The notes under the pieces were generated by a model. The model saw only the letters and a list, made by a program, of their open reading frames with translations. It searched no databases and was not told where the DNA came from. DNA of 64,000 nt from Marispirochaeta sp. (GTDB taxonomy: Bacteria; Spirochaetota; Spirochaetia; JC444; Marispirochaetaceae): assembly GCA_963676835.2 (NCBI GenBank), contig CAXXFF010000003.1, positions 512,001 through 576,000 of the forward strand, given 5' to 3'. The position numbers were made by a program, and so were the translations under genes. Positions within the stretch are counted from its first letter, which is position 1. Every line of letters begins with the position of its first letter. Shown piece after piece: positions 47,800 through 57,688 of this stretch.

Positions 47800-48237
47800 T
47801 TACTCAAACAGTTCAATCCTGACTGCTACAGAGCCTTTAGGCCACGCTTTCAAAGAATCAAGGTTTTCAACCCTGCCGATGATATGCTGATTATTTCCAT
47901 AGGAGGCGGAGCTCTCCTCTCCTCCAAAGAAAAAAGCAATCCAGTCCGCTCCGGGAATATAGGAAATATCTCCGTTCTTCCAGCCCGCCTGAGCTTCCCC
48001 GGTGCGGGTTTCCAAGGGTTTGTCCAGCCGGCCGCAGTAATCCACAGCCGATCGGTTTACTCTTACCGTATACGGAAGCTTTGAAATCAGATCCACGGCC
48101 GAAGTTGTATCGTTTAAAACAGCCGTGTAGGTTTCTGCCCCGACTATCAGCCGAACCTTTGTTTCATATGTCATACTCTGTGCTCCCGCTGAGAGAATTG
48201 TTATTCCTGCAAACAGCACTATCCATAATTTTTTCAT
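47800..48237 (-). CDS. cyclophilin-like fold protein, exported
   Basis: 'GWKNGDISY', 'IIGRV', signal peptide. Confidence 0.8.
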   Translation of the reverse strand: MKKLWIVLFAGITILSAGAQSMTYETKVRLIVGAETYTAVLNDTTSAVDLISKLPYTVRVNRSAVDYCGRLDKPLETRTGEAQAGWKNGDISYIPGADWIAFFFGGEESSASYGNNQHIIGRVENLDSLKAWPKGSVAVRIELFE

Positions 48238-48992
48238 GAATCCTCCGGTAAAACCTCATTCAGGCAGGTAAGTGCATTTAAAGTTCTTGGGAAACCTGTA
48301 TAGGGAAGACACTGGGTTATAGCTGAAATAAGCGTTTCCCTGCTGTTTCCTACACTCTTGTTGCCCATAATATGGGATTTAACCTGACTCTCGCATCCTC
48401 CGAGGGAAATCAGAATACACAGAGTAAGCAATTCCCGGGTTTTAAGATCAAGTCCACTGCGGGTATAGATATCTCCGAAGCAGTATGCAGAAAGATAATT
48501 CTGAATATGCTTAAGGTTGTCCGGTGCATTCGCATGCATCTGGTCGATAATGGGTCCGAAGATGGACTTCTGCACCTTAAGACCTTCATCAAAGCGGGTC
48601 TCTTCGCTTACCTGCTTCTGACTTTCCACAGGGAGCTTAATTCCTGCCTTTTCAAAAACGTCGTTGGCCCTGCTGAGTGCGTTGAGGGTTTTAGGAAAGC
48701 CCACGTACGGAGCACACTGATACAGTGCCTCCTTTATCTCCACCGGAGTAGCTCCGGTATTCAGGGCAGCGAAAACATGGGCGGGCACCTGATCAAGAGC
48801 CTGACTGGCAGTAAGCACCACAAGGGTAATGAGCTCCCGTGTTGTATCCTCGATATTACCTTGAGAGAAAACATCTCCGAAAATAAAGCGATTCAGCATC
48901 TCCTGAAAATCGGGATCCGTTGCCTCCGCAGGACTGGTTACATCACCAAAAAGCTCTTTAAACTTCTTTCCGCTCAATTCTATTCTGTTCAT
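48234..48992 (-). CDS. carboxymuconolactone decarboxylase (CMD) family protein, two CMD domains
   Basis: 'RELITL...PYVGFPK' and 'FGDIYTRSGLDLKTREL...PYTGFPRTLNAL'. Confidence 0.9.
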   Translation of the reverse strand: MNRIELSGKKFKELFGDVTSPAEATDPDFQEMLNRFIFGDVFSQGNIEDTTRELITLVVLTASQALDQVPAHVFAALNTGATPVEIKEALYQCAPYVGFPKTLNALSRANDVFEKAGIKLPVESQKQVSEETRFDEGLKVQKSIFGPIIDQMHANAPDNLKHIQNYLSAYCFGDIYTRSGLDLKTRELLTLCILISLGGCESQVKSHIMGNKSVGNSRETLISAITQCLPYTGFPRTLNALTCLNEVLPEDS

Positions 48993-49001
48993 CGTAATTA
49001 C

Positions 49002-49439
49002 CTATTTCAGACTGTTGTAAAAGTCCGCATCCACCGGCTCGAGCCACTCGTTGCTGGTTTCCACACCGGGTACTTCCACGGAAATATGGCTGAACCAGCT
49101 ATCAGATTTAGCACCATGCCAGTGTTTTACCCCGGTGGGGATATAGATAAATGAGCCTTCTGCAAGGCTGACGGCATCTTTGCCCTCTTCCTGATACCAG
49201 CCCTCACCGGCTGTACAGATAAGCATCTGACCTCCGCCGCTCTTAGCATTGTGAACATGCCAGTTATTCCGACATGCAGGCTCAAAAGTGACATTCGCAA
49301 GAAACAAGGGAGTTTCGCCAGGCTTTACCATCAGATTCAGGAAAGAATCCCCTACAAAATATTTTGCAAACATCTCGTTGGGCATTCCGGTGCCAAACAT
49401 ATTGGCCTTTTCAAATTCTTCTTTGTTCATGTATTTCAT
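49002..49439 (-). CDS. cupin domain protein
   Basis: 'NVTFEPACRNNWHVH...GGQ', 'KHWHGA', 'WLEPV'. Confidence 0.9.
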   Translation of the reverse strand: MKYMNKEEFEKANMFGTGMPNEMFAKYFVGDSFLNLMVKPGETPLFLANVTFEPACRNNWHVHNAKSGGGQMLICTAGEGWYQEEGKDAVSLAEGSFIYIPTGVKHWHGAKSDSWFSHISVEVPGVETSNEWLEPVDADFYNSLK

Positions 49440-49548
49440 CGTTCACCTCATAAAAGTAAGATTTCAGTCTGTAAAGATGTGCCTTCAGGAGATTCTTCAC
49501 CTCTCTGATTACAAGAGAAAATATAAACCATGAAGTCAGGCAAAAGAA

Positions 49549-49583
49549 TGTCTATTCCCACAACTTTTTTGCCTATTCCTACA
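49549..49583. promoter_or_regulatory. tandem direct-repeat operator of AraC type
   Basis: TGTCTATTCCCACA / TGCCTATTCCTACA, 21-bp spacing, in the divergent intergenic region. Confidence 0.5.
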
Positions 49584-49654
49584 TTTCTACATGATTTTAT
49601 ATAGTTATGTTCATGTTTTTATGCATAATACATACACGCACAGCGAGGTAACGC

Positions 49655-50533
49655 ATGAACAAGAAGACAGAACAGATAAAAGAGCTGCTCCTAAAACAGC
49701 TCCCGAAAGAAGGGATTCTTGATACAGGAATACAAGGTGTAGGTATCTTCAGGATTGATAATTCCTTTCTTAAACGCCCTCAGCTCTATAATCCGCAAAT
49801 AATCCTGCTCGCGGAAGGCAAGAAGAGTATCTACCTGGGAGAGAAGCACTTTATATATGACCCCCTGCACTACTACGTACAGACACTGCCCCTGCCGGTT
49901 GAGTGTGAAGCAGTTATTGAAGACGGGAAGCCCATGCTCGGTATGGCTATAAATATTGATCCCCGGATTATCGGTGAAATACTCAATGAGGCATATAGCG
50001 ATCTTCCGGCACCGGTCAAGGTTTCAAGCAGCCTTTACAGTGCGGAAGTTTCTGATGTAATTCTAGAACCGGTAATCCGCCTGCTAAAAACACTGGGCTC
50101 CCCTGCGGAGGTAAAAATCCTCGGACCGCTTTTTCTTAAAGAGCTCCTCTTCCGAATAGTAAGCGGAGAAAACGGCGAAATCCTCCGGGAAATAGCATTT
50201 AACAACCGGGGCTTCTATCAGGTTTCCCGGATTATTAACAATGTTCATAAGGAGTACGCCACTCCATTCGAAATACAGGATCTCGCCCGAACCGCAGGCA
50301 TGAGCACCACAGCTTTCCATGCAATCTTCAAGGATATGACAGGAACAACTCCCCTGCAGTACATAAAGAACATACGGCTGCACAGGGCAAAAGAGATGAT
50401 TCAGCATGAAGGAGAAAAAGCCAATGTCGCCGCAATGCGGGTCGGATACGAAAGCTCCTCCCAGTTCAGCAGGGAATACAAAAGGACATTCGGAACAAGC
50501 CCAGCAAAGGACCGTCAGGCTGTAGCTGTATAG
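49655..50533 (+). CDS. AraC family regulator (YqhC-like, AraC_N domain)
   Basis: 'GKKSIYLG...YDP...LPVE', 'TPLQYIK', 'VGYESSSQFSREYKR'. Confidence 0.92.
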   Translation: MNKKTEQIKELLLKQLPKEGILDTGIQGVGIFRIDNSFLKRPQLYNPQIILLAEGKKSIYLGEKHFIYDPLHYYVQTLPLPVECEAVIEDGKPMLGMAINIDPRIIGEILNEAYSDLPAPVKVSSSLYSAEVSDVILEPVIRLLKTLGSPAEVKILGPLFLKELLFRIVSGENGEILREIAFNNRGFYQVSRIINNVHKEYATPFEIQDLARTAGMSTTAFHAIFKDMTGTTPLQYIKNIRLHRAKEMIQHEGEKANVAAMRVGYESSSQFSREYKRTFGTSPAKDRQAVAV

Positions 50534-50556
50534 CAAGCCGTAACATATTCAGATTA

Positions 50557-51801
50557 ATGGAGAAAACTATGCTAACCAGAAAAAACAGCCGTAACGGCGA
50601 CGAACTCTCAATCCTCGGATTCGGCTGCATGCGGCTTCCCACAAAGGGATCTGCCATTGACGAAGAAAAAGCCATAGAATTGATCCGCAATGCGGCAGAC
50701 CGGGGCATTAACTACTTTGATACTGCATGGCCTTATCATGGCGGTAAAAGTGAACCCCTGTTAGGCAAAGCCCTTGGCGACGGATACCGTGATAGGGTTA
50801 AAATTGCCACCAAACTGCCCCAGTTTATGGTCAAAAACCTGGAAAAGGCTAAAAAGATATTCGCCACCCAGCTCGAACGGCTGAATACCGATTATATCGA
50901 CTACTATCTGCTGCACATGCTGGCAGATAAGGCCGGTTTCGACCGCCTGAAAGAAATTGGGATTATTAAATGGCTTGAAGATCTGAAAAAACAAGGAAAA
51001 ATCAGGAACATAGGTTTTTCATTCCATGGGGTGCAAAAAGGCTTTACTGAGTTAATAAAGGCATACGATTGGGATTTCTGTCAGATCCAGTACAACTATC
51101 TGGATGAAAACAATCAGGCTGGTCGTGCAGGCCTGGAACTTGCTCATTCACTGAATATTCCTGTCATAGTCATGGAGCCTTTACGAGGGGGACAGCTTGT
51201 TAACCAGCTGCCGAAAGAAATTAGGCAGCTGTATGAAAAAACTGTTCCGGGACGGAGTGCCGCCGCATGGTCATTGCGCTGGATATGGAACCATCCGGCG
51301 GTGACCGTGGTTCTCTCAGGCATGGGTGCACAAGACCAGCTTGATGACAATATCGCCATAGCAGCGGATATGCATCTGGCATCCCTGCCTGCCGAGGAAC
51401 TTGAACTGTATGAAAATGTAAAACAGATTTTGTATGCGAAAACAAAAGTACCCTGTACCGCTTGTGCCTACTGTATGCCCTGTCCTGCGGGAGTCAATAT
51501 CCCCCAGGTTTTCTCCTTGTACAACGAGAAATACCTCATGGAAGGAAAACGGGAAAAGTTTAAATATATGATGGAGTTGGGAGTCGGCGCAAAACAGCCG
51601 GGATTCGCTTCCCTTTGCATCCAGTGCGGAAAGTGTGAAGAACACTGCCCCCAGAGCATAAGTATACGACAGGAACTGAAAACCGTACGCAAGGAGATGG
51701 AGGGAATATTCTTCAAGCCCATGACAGCTCTGATTCGTAAGATGGTCGGGGTTAACCATAAGAAGCAATCAGGGAACAAGCAGGTTAACAAGAATCCCTG
51801 A
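50557..51801 (+). CDS. aldo/keto reductase with C-terminal 4Fe-4S dicluster
   Basis: 'LGFGCMRLP', 'YFDTAWPYH', 'CTACAYCMPCP', 'CIQCGKCEEHCP'. Confidence 0.92.
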   Translation: MEKTMLTRKNSRNGDELSILGFGCMRLPTKGSAIDEEKAIELIRNAADRGINYFDTAWPYHGGKSEPLLGKALGDGYRDRVKIATKLPQFMVKNLEKAKKIFATQLERLNTDYIDYYLLHMLADKAGFDRLKEIGIIKWLEDLKKQGKIRNIGFSFHGVQKGFTELIKAYDWDFCQIQYNYLDENNQAGRAGLELAHSLNIPVIVMEPLRGGQLVNQLPKEIRQLYEKTVPGRSAAAWSLRWIWNHPAVTVVLSGMGAQDQLDDNIAIAADMHLASLPAEELELYENVKQILYAKTKVPCTACAYCMPCPAGVNIPQVFSLYNEKYLMEGKREKFKYMMELGVGAKQPGFASLCIQCGKCEEHCPQSISIRQELKTVRKEMEGIFFKPMTALIRKMVGVNHKKQSGNKQVNKNP

Positions 51802-52680
51802 AAGCACCGCCAATAGAACGGCAAATACAAGGTAGGCCCCGAATCTCTGCGGGGTCAGGACCATTTTCATGCCGCTTAAATTGGTTATCTTGGTTGCTGG
51901 TCCCGACAGCATAAAAGCCACTGCGCTTCCCGGACTCATTCCCCGGAGAAGCCATTCGGCAAGCAGCGGAACCGTTCCTCCTCCGCAGACATACAGAGGA
52001 ACTCCCAGTGCTGCGGCGGAGAGAACACAAAGCCCCCGGTTGGAACTGCCGAACAATTCCGCAACCATGTTATCCGGAACGTAGCGCTGATACAAAGCTG
52101 TAAGCAGTATGCCCAGGGCAAAATAAAGCCCGGTAGCCCTTATATTGCGGCCTATATTCAAGCACAGCCTGATTAGTATATTCGTATGCCGATCACGGCT
52201 TTCTGCTTTTCTGCTGAATTTTTCAAAGGAGAAAAATGGAGTGTCCTGAAAAAGAAGACCCACCAGGGCTCCCGCCGCAAGTCCACCTGCGATACTGAAA
52301 AAAAGACGAAAAAGAAGCATCTGTGTTCCCAATACCGCACTGTAGATTAAAAGCTGCGGATTCAACAGGACTGACGACATCATAAAAGCGGCCAGCCAGT
52401 CGTGACGCATACCCTTATTTGAAAAAGAAGCGGCCACCGGAATTGTTCCGAACAGACACAATGGAGAAAGCACTCCCAGAAACGCCGCTGGAACAAGACC
52501 AAAAACACCGAGCTGTTTATTCTGAAGCCGAAGAAATACCTGCTGAATTCTGTTTTTTACGAAAACAGAGACAAGAGACCCGATCAGAATTCCCAGCCCC
52601 CAGTATAGTGCAATAAGCTGCACCTGAAGGCTGAGATAATAGACAATATAGACCAGCTCTCGACGGAAAAGATCAACCAT
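51769..52680 (-). CDS. predicted permease (DUF318/ArsP-like)
   Basis: 'SPLCLFGTIP', 'PLYVCGGG', 'GPATK'; ATG overlaps the DUF362 stop. Confidence 0.85.
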   Translation of the reverse strand: MVDLFRRELVYIVYYLSLQVQLIALYWGLGILIGSLVSVFVKNRIQQVFLRLQNKQLGVFGLVPAAFLGVLSPLCLFGTIPVAASFSNKGMRHDWLAAFMMSSVLLNPQLLIYSAVLGTQMLLFRLFFSIAGGLAAGALVGLLFQDTPFFSFEKFSRKAESRDRHTNILIRLCLNIGRNIRATGLYFALGILLTALYQRYVPDNMVAELFGSSNRGLCVLSAAALGVPLYVCGGGTVPLLAEWLLRGMSPGSAVAFMLSGPATKITNLSGMKMVLTPQRFGAYLVFAVLLAVLSGILVNLLVP

Positions 52681-53710
52681 CCACCGAAACCAGGTGATAC
52701 TCCTGTATTCCCAGCCCCAGAGACTCGGCATGATCGAGAATATGTGCTCCGTTGCGGGACTCCATGCGCTCTATCAGGTCATGACCATCATGAGCAGCAT
52801 ACACCAGGTCGACACAGGCACGGTCGAGGGCCACAGGATCGAGTGAGGCAAGGATACCTACATCGGCCATTGTTGGCGGAGCCGGACTGTTGTCACAGTC
52901 ACAGTCAACCGAGAGATTGTTCATTACATTTATATAGACTATGTTATCTCCCATGGCCTGCATAATTGCACCGGAAGCTTCTGCCATGGATTCAAGAAAG
53001 TCATCCTGAACGGTGTTTCTGAAAATCGGAAAAATATCCTTGAGATTTCTCGATTTTCCGGCACTGTGAATCCAGGTTTTACCTTCCGCCGAAGCAAAAC
53101 CAATGGAAATATTTTTTAAGGACCCTCCGAATCCGCCCATGGCATGTCCCTTGAAATGGGTGAGTATAAGATAGGAATCATAGTCAGCGAAATGGGAACC
53201 GACAAAATCCTCTTTTAAATGCACACCATCGGGAAACGGCAGAGAGATATCGCCTTCTTCGTCAAGCAGGTCAAAAGGAGCAATTGCAGTAAACCCGTGG
53301 TCTACAGCAACCTGTTTATGCATGGCAGAAGAGGAACGCGGGCCTCCATAGGCAGTGTTTGCCTCAACAATAGTACCATCGAGTCTCTGCACCAGCTCTT
53401 TAATCAGTTGAGGATCGAGAAAATTATGTCCCCCCGGCTCCCCGGTCGAAAGTTTTACTCCCACCTTACCGCCCAGATCACGCTCAAGGACTTCATACAT
53501 CTTCACAAGTGCTTCCGATGTAATTTCACTGGTCATAAAAACTTGAGGAATCTCCGGTGCAGCAGCATCCGGTGTGTTATCTGCTGTGGCCGGAGTTGCC
53601 GGGTCTGGAACATCGCTGCCGCCGGACCCGCTGAATACCACAATTGCGATAAAAACGGCCGCCAGAGCGAATACCAGCGAAATACCCCTTACTACTCTAT
53701 TCCTGCTCAT
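52673..53710 (-). CDS. DUF362 domain protein (Fe-S), membrane-anchored/exported
   Basis: 'KLSTGEPG', 'HFKGHAMGGFGGSLKN', 'SVDCDC', 'DPVALDRAC'. Confidence 0.87.
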   Translation of the reverse strand: MSRNRVVRGISLVFALAAVFIAIVVFSGSGGSDVPDPATPATADNTPDAAAPEIPQVFMTSEITSEALVKMYEVLERDLGGKVGVKLSTGEPGGHNFLDPQLIKELVQRLDGTIVEANTAYGGPRSSSAMHKQVAVDHGFTAIAPFDLLDEEGDISLPFPDGVHLKEDFVGSHFADYDSYLILTHFKGHAMGGFGGSLKNISIGFASAEGKTWIHSAGKSRNLKDIFPIFRNTVQDDFLESMAEASGAIMQAMGDNIVYINVMNNLSVDCDCDNSPAPPTMADVGILASLDPVALDRACVDLVYAAHDGHDLIERMESRNGAHILDHAESLGLGIQEYHLVSVDG

Positions 53711-53877
53711 TTACTCCTCCTGCATTTTACATACAATGGTACCGGTACTGCTGTTTTTCCATAAGTTGCCGGGGTAATTCATTTACCCGCTGTGAATATG
53801 ACCACAGTAATACTGTGCACGGGAAAAAATATGATTTAAGGAACTTCAAGCTCCCGGTATGATTAGTATATTATTCC

Positions 53878-55167
53878 ATGGAGTACAGAGACATACAGGA
53901 GAGAATTCCTTTGCATTCTTCCATCGATTTTAAAAGCAATCTGCGGCTCATGACAATATTGATTTTCATAACCCTGCAGATTCCGCTGCAATACTTTTCC
54001 ATATACCATAAATACCCGCTGCCCGAAGGTGCACCGGAATGGATTAAGCATTTCATTATAGCAGTCTCTGTTCTGTACCTTGCTTTGGAAATTTTAGAGT
54101 ATAAACTGTGGAATTACCGGTATGCAAAGCGCACAATCCCGTTAGGGCTGTTCTCCTTCAGAACAGCCCTGCTCCTGGTAATAATTCTCGCAGGAAAATA
54201 CAGTCCTGACCATACAATCCTGAGTATGTTCATTATCCTGCTTGTGTTTTACTCCTACGACGCATTTGCATTTCCCCTTGGGCTTACACTCTGTATCCTT
54301 ACATCCGGAACGTTCTTCACCCTGGGGCTGATTGATGTATACCGGGATGATTCCCAGTATCCGGTCATTGTAACTACCTACCGCTCGCTTATTATGGTTC
54401 TCTTTTATCTGTTCGCCTATTTCTGGAACAAAGACCGGGAATACAGCGACCGTAACAGAGCCTTGGTGGAAGAGCTGAATACCTCGGAGAAAAACCTGCA
54501 GGAATATGCCCGCCGGGTGGGCCAGACAGCAGCACTTGAAGAGCGGACCAGGCTTGCCCGGGATATTCACGATTCTGTGGGCCATGCCCTGACAGCAATT
54601 CAGATTCAGCTTTCAAAAGCGGAGGCGTATTTTTCACTGAACCAGGAGGAGAGCCGCCAGGCAGTGGTGGATGCCAATAAAACAGCCAAAGACGCAATGA
54701 CAGATGTACGTGAATCGCTGAATATTCTGAACAGCGATAAAAACATAAGCTTCTCCATTGAGCGGGAGCTTAAACCTTTGCTGGACACCCTGACAAAAGC
54801 CGGACACAGTATTACCTGGAATATAGAAGGTGATTACAGCACATATAACTATGCGGTGCTTATTACATTGTTTCGGGTCATACAGGAAGGGGTTACCAAT
54901 ATCCTAAAACATGCCGGTATCTGTGATGTATATCTAAACATCGATTTCGGCAGAGATAAAGCAACCTGTATACTGAAGGACACAGGCAGTGGCTTTAAAC
55001 CGGCAGATGCCGGAGGAGACGGCCATTTCGGTCTGAATGGTCTTGCAAACAGAGTAGCCCTGGTACGCGGCTCTTTTAAAATAAATAGTTCCCCCGGCAC
55101 AGGCTGCACTCTTACGACCGTGCTTCCGAAAGACCCGGTAAGCCTTATAGGATACGACCATGGCTGA
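53878..55167 (+). CDS. membrane sensor histidine kinase (HisKA_3, DesK/LiaS-like)
   Basis: TM helices; 'EERTRLARDIHDSVGH', 'QEGVTNILKHA', 'GHFGL'. Confidence 0.93.
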   Translation: MEYRDIQERIPLHSSIDFKSNLRLMTILIFITLQIPLQYFSIYHKYPLPEGAPEWIKHFIIAVSVLYLALEILEYKLWNYRYAKRTIPLGLFSFRTALLLVIILAGKYSPDHTILSMFIILLVFYSYDAFAFPLGLTLCILTSGTFFTLGLIDVYRDDSQYPVIVTTYRSLIMVLFYLFAYFWNKDREYSDRNRALVEELNTSEKNLQEYARRVGQTAALEERTRLARDIHDSVGHALTAIQIQLSKAEAYFSLNQEESRQAVVDANKTAKDAMTDVRESLNILNSDKNISFSIERELKPLLDTLTKAGHSITWNIEGDYSTYNYAVLITLFRVIQEGVTNILKHAGICDVYLNIDFGRDKATCILKDTGSGFKPADAGGDGHFGLNGLANRVALVRGSFKINSSPGTGCTLTTVLPKDPVSLIGYDHG

Positions 55168-55846
55168 TGTTCAGGTGATTATTGTAGATGACCAACGGCT
55201 GGTGCGGGAGGGAATCGCGTCTCTCCTGAACATCCAGGAGGGTATTACTGTTATCGGCACCGCTGAGAACGGCCGGGACGGTGTAATGCTTGCCACAGAG
55301 TTGCATCCGGATATTATTCTCATGGACATCCGCATGCCCGTCATGGACGGTATTCAGGCAGTGGAGAATCTTAACCGCAAAGGTTATAAGGGCAAAGTAA
55401 TTATGCTTACCACCTTTGATGATGAAGAGTACATTCTCAAATCCCTCCAGGCAGGGGCCGTGGGGTATCTGATGAAAGATATACCATCGGAAGATCTCGC
55501 CCGCGCAGTAAAGCAGGCGTATAACGGTGTATTTCAGATGACCCGACGGGTAATGGATTCTCTGGTTCAAACCATAAACCGAACACACGAAGAAGAAGAG
55601 GAGCTGTCTGAAATTCCGGGTCACCAGATGAAGATGATCAATGAGCTTTCGGTACGGGAGAAAGAGGTTTTTACAGCCATAGGAAAGGGATTAACCAACA
55701 ACGAGATAGCTGAATCTCTCTACCTGTCGGAAGGAACCATTAAAAATTATGTATCATCCATCTTCACATCCCTGGGATTGCGGGACAGAGTCCAGGCGGC
55801 TTTAGTTGCCGCCCGTTATATGAAAAATGCAGACAGCCCGGATTAA
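55160..55846 (+). CDS. NarL family response regulator
   Basis: 'IVDDQ', 'MDIRMP', 'LTTFDD', 'LSEGTIKNYVS'. Confidence 0.95.
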   Translation: MADVQVIIVDDQRLVREGIASLLNIQEGITVIGTAENGRDGVMLATELHPDIILMDIRMPVMDGIQAVENLNRKGYKGKVIMLTTFDDEEYILKSLQAGAVGYLMKDIPSEDLARAVKQAYNGVFQMTRRVMDSLVQTINRTHEEEEELSEIPGHQMKMINELSVREKEVFTAIGKGLTNNEIAESLYLSEGTIKNYVSSIFTSLGLRDRVQAALVAARYMKNADSPD

Positions 55847-55871
55847 GACTGTCTGCTGAATCAGCAGATTA

Positions 55872-57059
55872 TCAATCTATACTCTGGAAATACTCGTTAT
55901 CCACAGGGTCCAGCCACCTATCTTCTTCCCCGCTGTCAACGGGAATAATCACGGTAATGTGGGCAAACCACTCTCCCGGAGCTGATCCGTGCCAGTGAGT
56001 AACTCCTGGCTGTATAACCACCGAATTTCCAGCCTTCAGCTTGCGGGGCTCACCGCCCTCTTCCTGATAGTAGCCGTGACCAAGGGTTGGGAGAAGAATC
56101 TGAATGTAACTGTGAGCATGCCAGGTGGTACGGGTATTCGGCGCAAAGGTAACATTTACAATGGGAACATCACCGGCACCTTCGAAGGGAACCAGAGGTC
56201 CCACCCAGGCATCGCCAGTAAAGATCTGTGCATTGTCGCTCAGTCTGCCTCTGGGAAAGATTTCCGGAATATAGGTATATCCACCGCTTTCCGGCCGGGG
56301 ACCTGATGCAGCGCCATTTCTGCGGGCCAGAACCTGTTCCAGTACAACAGCAGCATTATCTCCCTGTTCGGTTCCACGCTCACTGCGAATAAGCTCTACC
56401 AGATGCAGCATCTGCCCCTCACTGACACCGGTATTCATAGCCGCATTCATATGAAAAAGCTGCTGTGAATTGGTTCCTTCAAGACTTGCAAGAACACCTA
56501 CGGTGGCCAGTTCCCTCATGGTGAAAGAGAGATTATCCCGGCCGAAGATATCGGCAAAAAGGTGCTCTTTGAGAAAAGCATCCATAGCAGCATTGTAGCC
56601 GTTGGTGCCGGCTTTCTGCTGTTGAAAAGGGAAGCCCATCAGGATACCGAGATTTTCTACTCCCAGACCGTAGCGGTCAGTATCGGAAGGAAGAAAATCC
56701 GGCTCTACACCGAAGGAATCGGTAAGCCCCTTCTCCTGCCGTTCCTTGAGGACAGCGCTCAACGCACCCATACCGTTGAGACTGCGGGGAAAGCCTGCAT
56801 AGGCATAGAGCTGAAGCAGAACTTCACCGGTTTCATTTACCGTTAAGCCGGCATCCAGCCCCTCGTTTAATACACGTACAAGATTATCCATGTCCCCTGC
56901 GGCAGCATGGGCGGCAATTGCCACAACCTTCTGCTGCCTCAGAGTAAGGGGATCATCAAAAGCAAGCTCCTGCTCTCCCCGGGCGAATAATGTTGCAGTG
57001 GTGAATAATAAAAATACAGTAAAACCAGCCGCGAAAAGTCTGCTGACTGCTTTGCTCAT
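55872..57059 (-). CDS. exported CMD-CMD-cupin fusion protein
   Basis: Signal peptide; 'YAYAGFPRSLN', 'HLFADIFGRD', cupin 'VTFAPNTRTTWHAH...HWHG'. Confidence 0.87.
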   Translation of the reverse strand: MSKAVSRLFAAGFTVFLLFTTATLFARGEQELAFDDPLTLRQQKVVAIAAHAAAGDMDNLVRVLNEGLDAGLTVNETGEVLLQLYAYAGFPRSLNGMGALSAVLKERQEKGLTDSFGVEPDFLPSDTDRYGLGVENLGILMGFPFQQQKAGTNGYNAAMDAFLKEHLFADIFGRDNLSFTMRELATVGVLASLEGTNSQQLFHMNAAMNTGVSEGQMLHLVELIRSERGTEQGDNAAVVLEQVLARRNGAASGPRPESGGYTYIPEIFPRGRLSDNAQIFTGDAWVGPLVPFEGAGDVPIVNVTFAPNTRTTWHAHSYIQILLPTLGHGYYQEEGGEPRKLKAGNSVVIQPGVTHWHGSAPGEWFAHITVIIPVDSGEEDRWLDPVDNEYFQSID

Positions 57060-57093
57060 ATGGATCCTCCAATAAATCAATACTCTTGATAAG

Positions 57094-57160
57094 AAAGTAA
57101 AATCTATCGGTGGAAAAAGGCAGTGAGCATGTTCATATTGAAACATGACTTCCGTCATGT
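57094..57160 (-). promoter_or_regulatory. activator-dependent promoter with tandem TGAC-N4-GTCA-type boxes (copy 1)
   Basis: Palindrome ACATGAC-TTCC-GTCATGT; second box 22 bp away; -10 TACTTT; same layout as 60996-61060. Confidence 0.65.
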
Positions 57161-57171
57161 GAGAATCAAAG

Positions 57172-57651
57172 TTACTGCTTTTCGATCTTTATAATTCCGG
57201 ACATTTCCCGGATATACTCTTCACCGGAGACGCAAGTCCCCAATTCATATAGACCGGAGGCGGTACCGAAATCCTTATAAAACATGACAACATCGCCCCA
57301 GGGAGCGTAGTAGGCCAGAGTGCCTGTCTTTGCATTTGCCCTCGGAGTATCTACAGTATTCAGTTTTTCCGGTGGATAGAATATCTTCTCATCCGTACTG
57401 TAATCCTGCACCTCAATAGTCATTGGCAGCTGATTGTATAAATCCTTTGCAGCCTGACTGCTGTTAAGCTCGTATACTGTGATTTTTTCATTTGCTGTAA
57501 CAGTGATTTTCATTTCTGTTTTATCCTCCACAAGGTTGGTTTTATCGGTGGCATTGCTATGTACCGGGGATGCCTGCGCCTTTTCATTAACACAGGAAGG
57601 AAGCCCCCCTGCAAGCAATACCAGCAGAAATGCAGTTATAATCCGTCGCAT
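57172..57651 (-). CDS. cyclophilin-like fold lipoprotein
   Basis: Lipobox 'LPSC'; 'EKIFYPP', 'YYAPWGDVVMFY'. Confidence 0.85.
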   Translation of the reverse strand: MRRIITAFLLVLLAGGLPSCVNEKAQASPVHSNATDKTNLVEDKTEMKITVTANEKITVYELNSSQAAKDLYNQLPMTIEVQDYSTDEKIFYPPEKLNTVDTPRANAKTGTLAYYAPWGDVVMFYKDFGTASGLYELGTCVSGEEYIREMSGIIKIEKQ

Positions 57652-57688
57652 AGTCTCACTCCTTTTAAGCATACAGCAAGATACCTCT

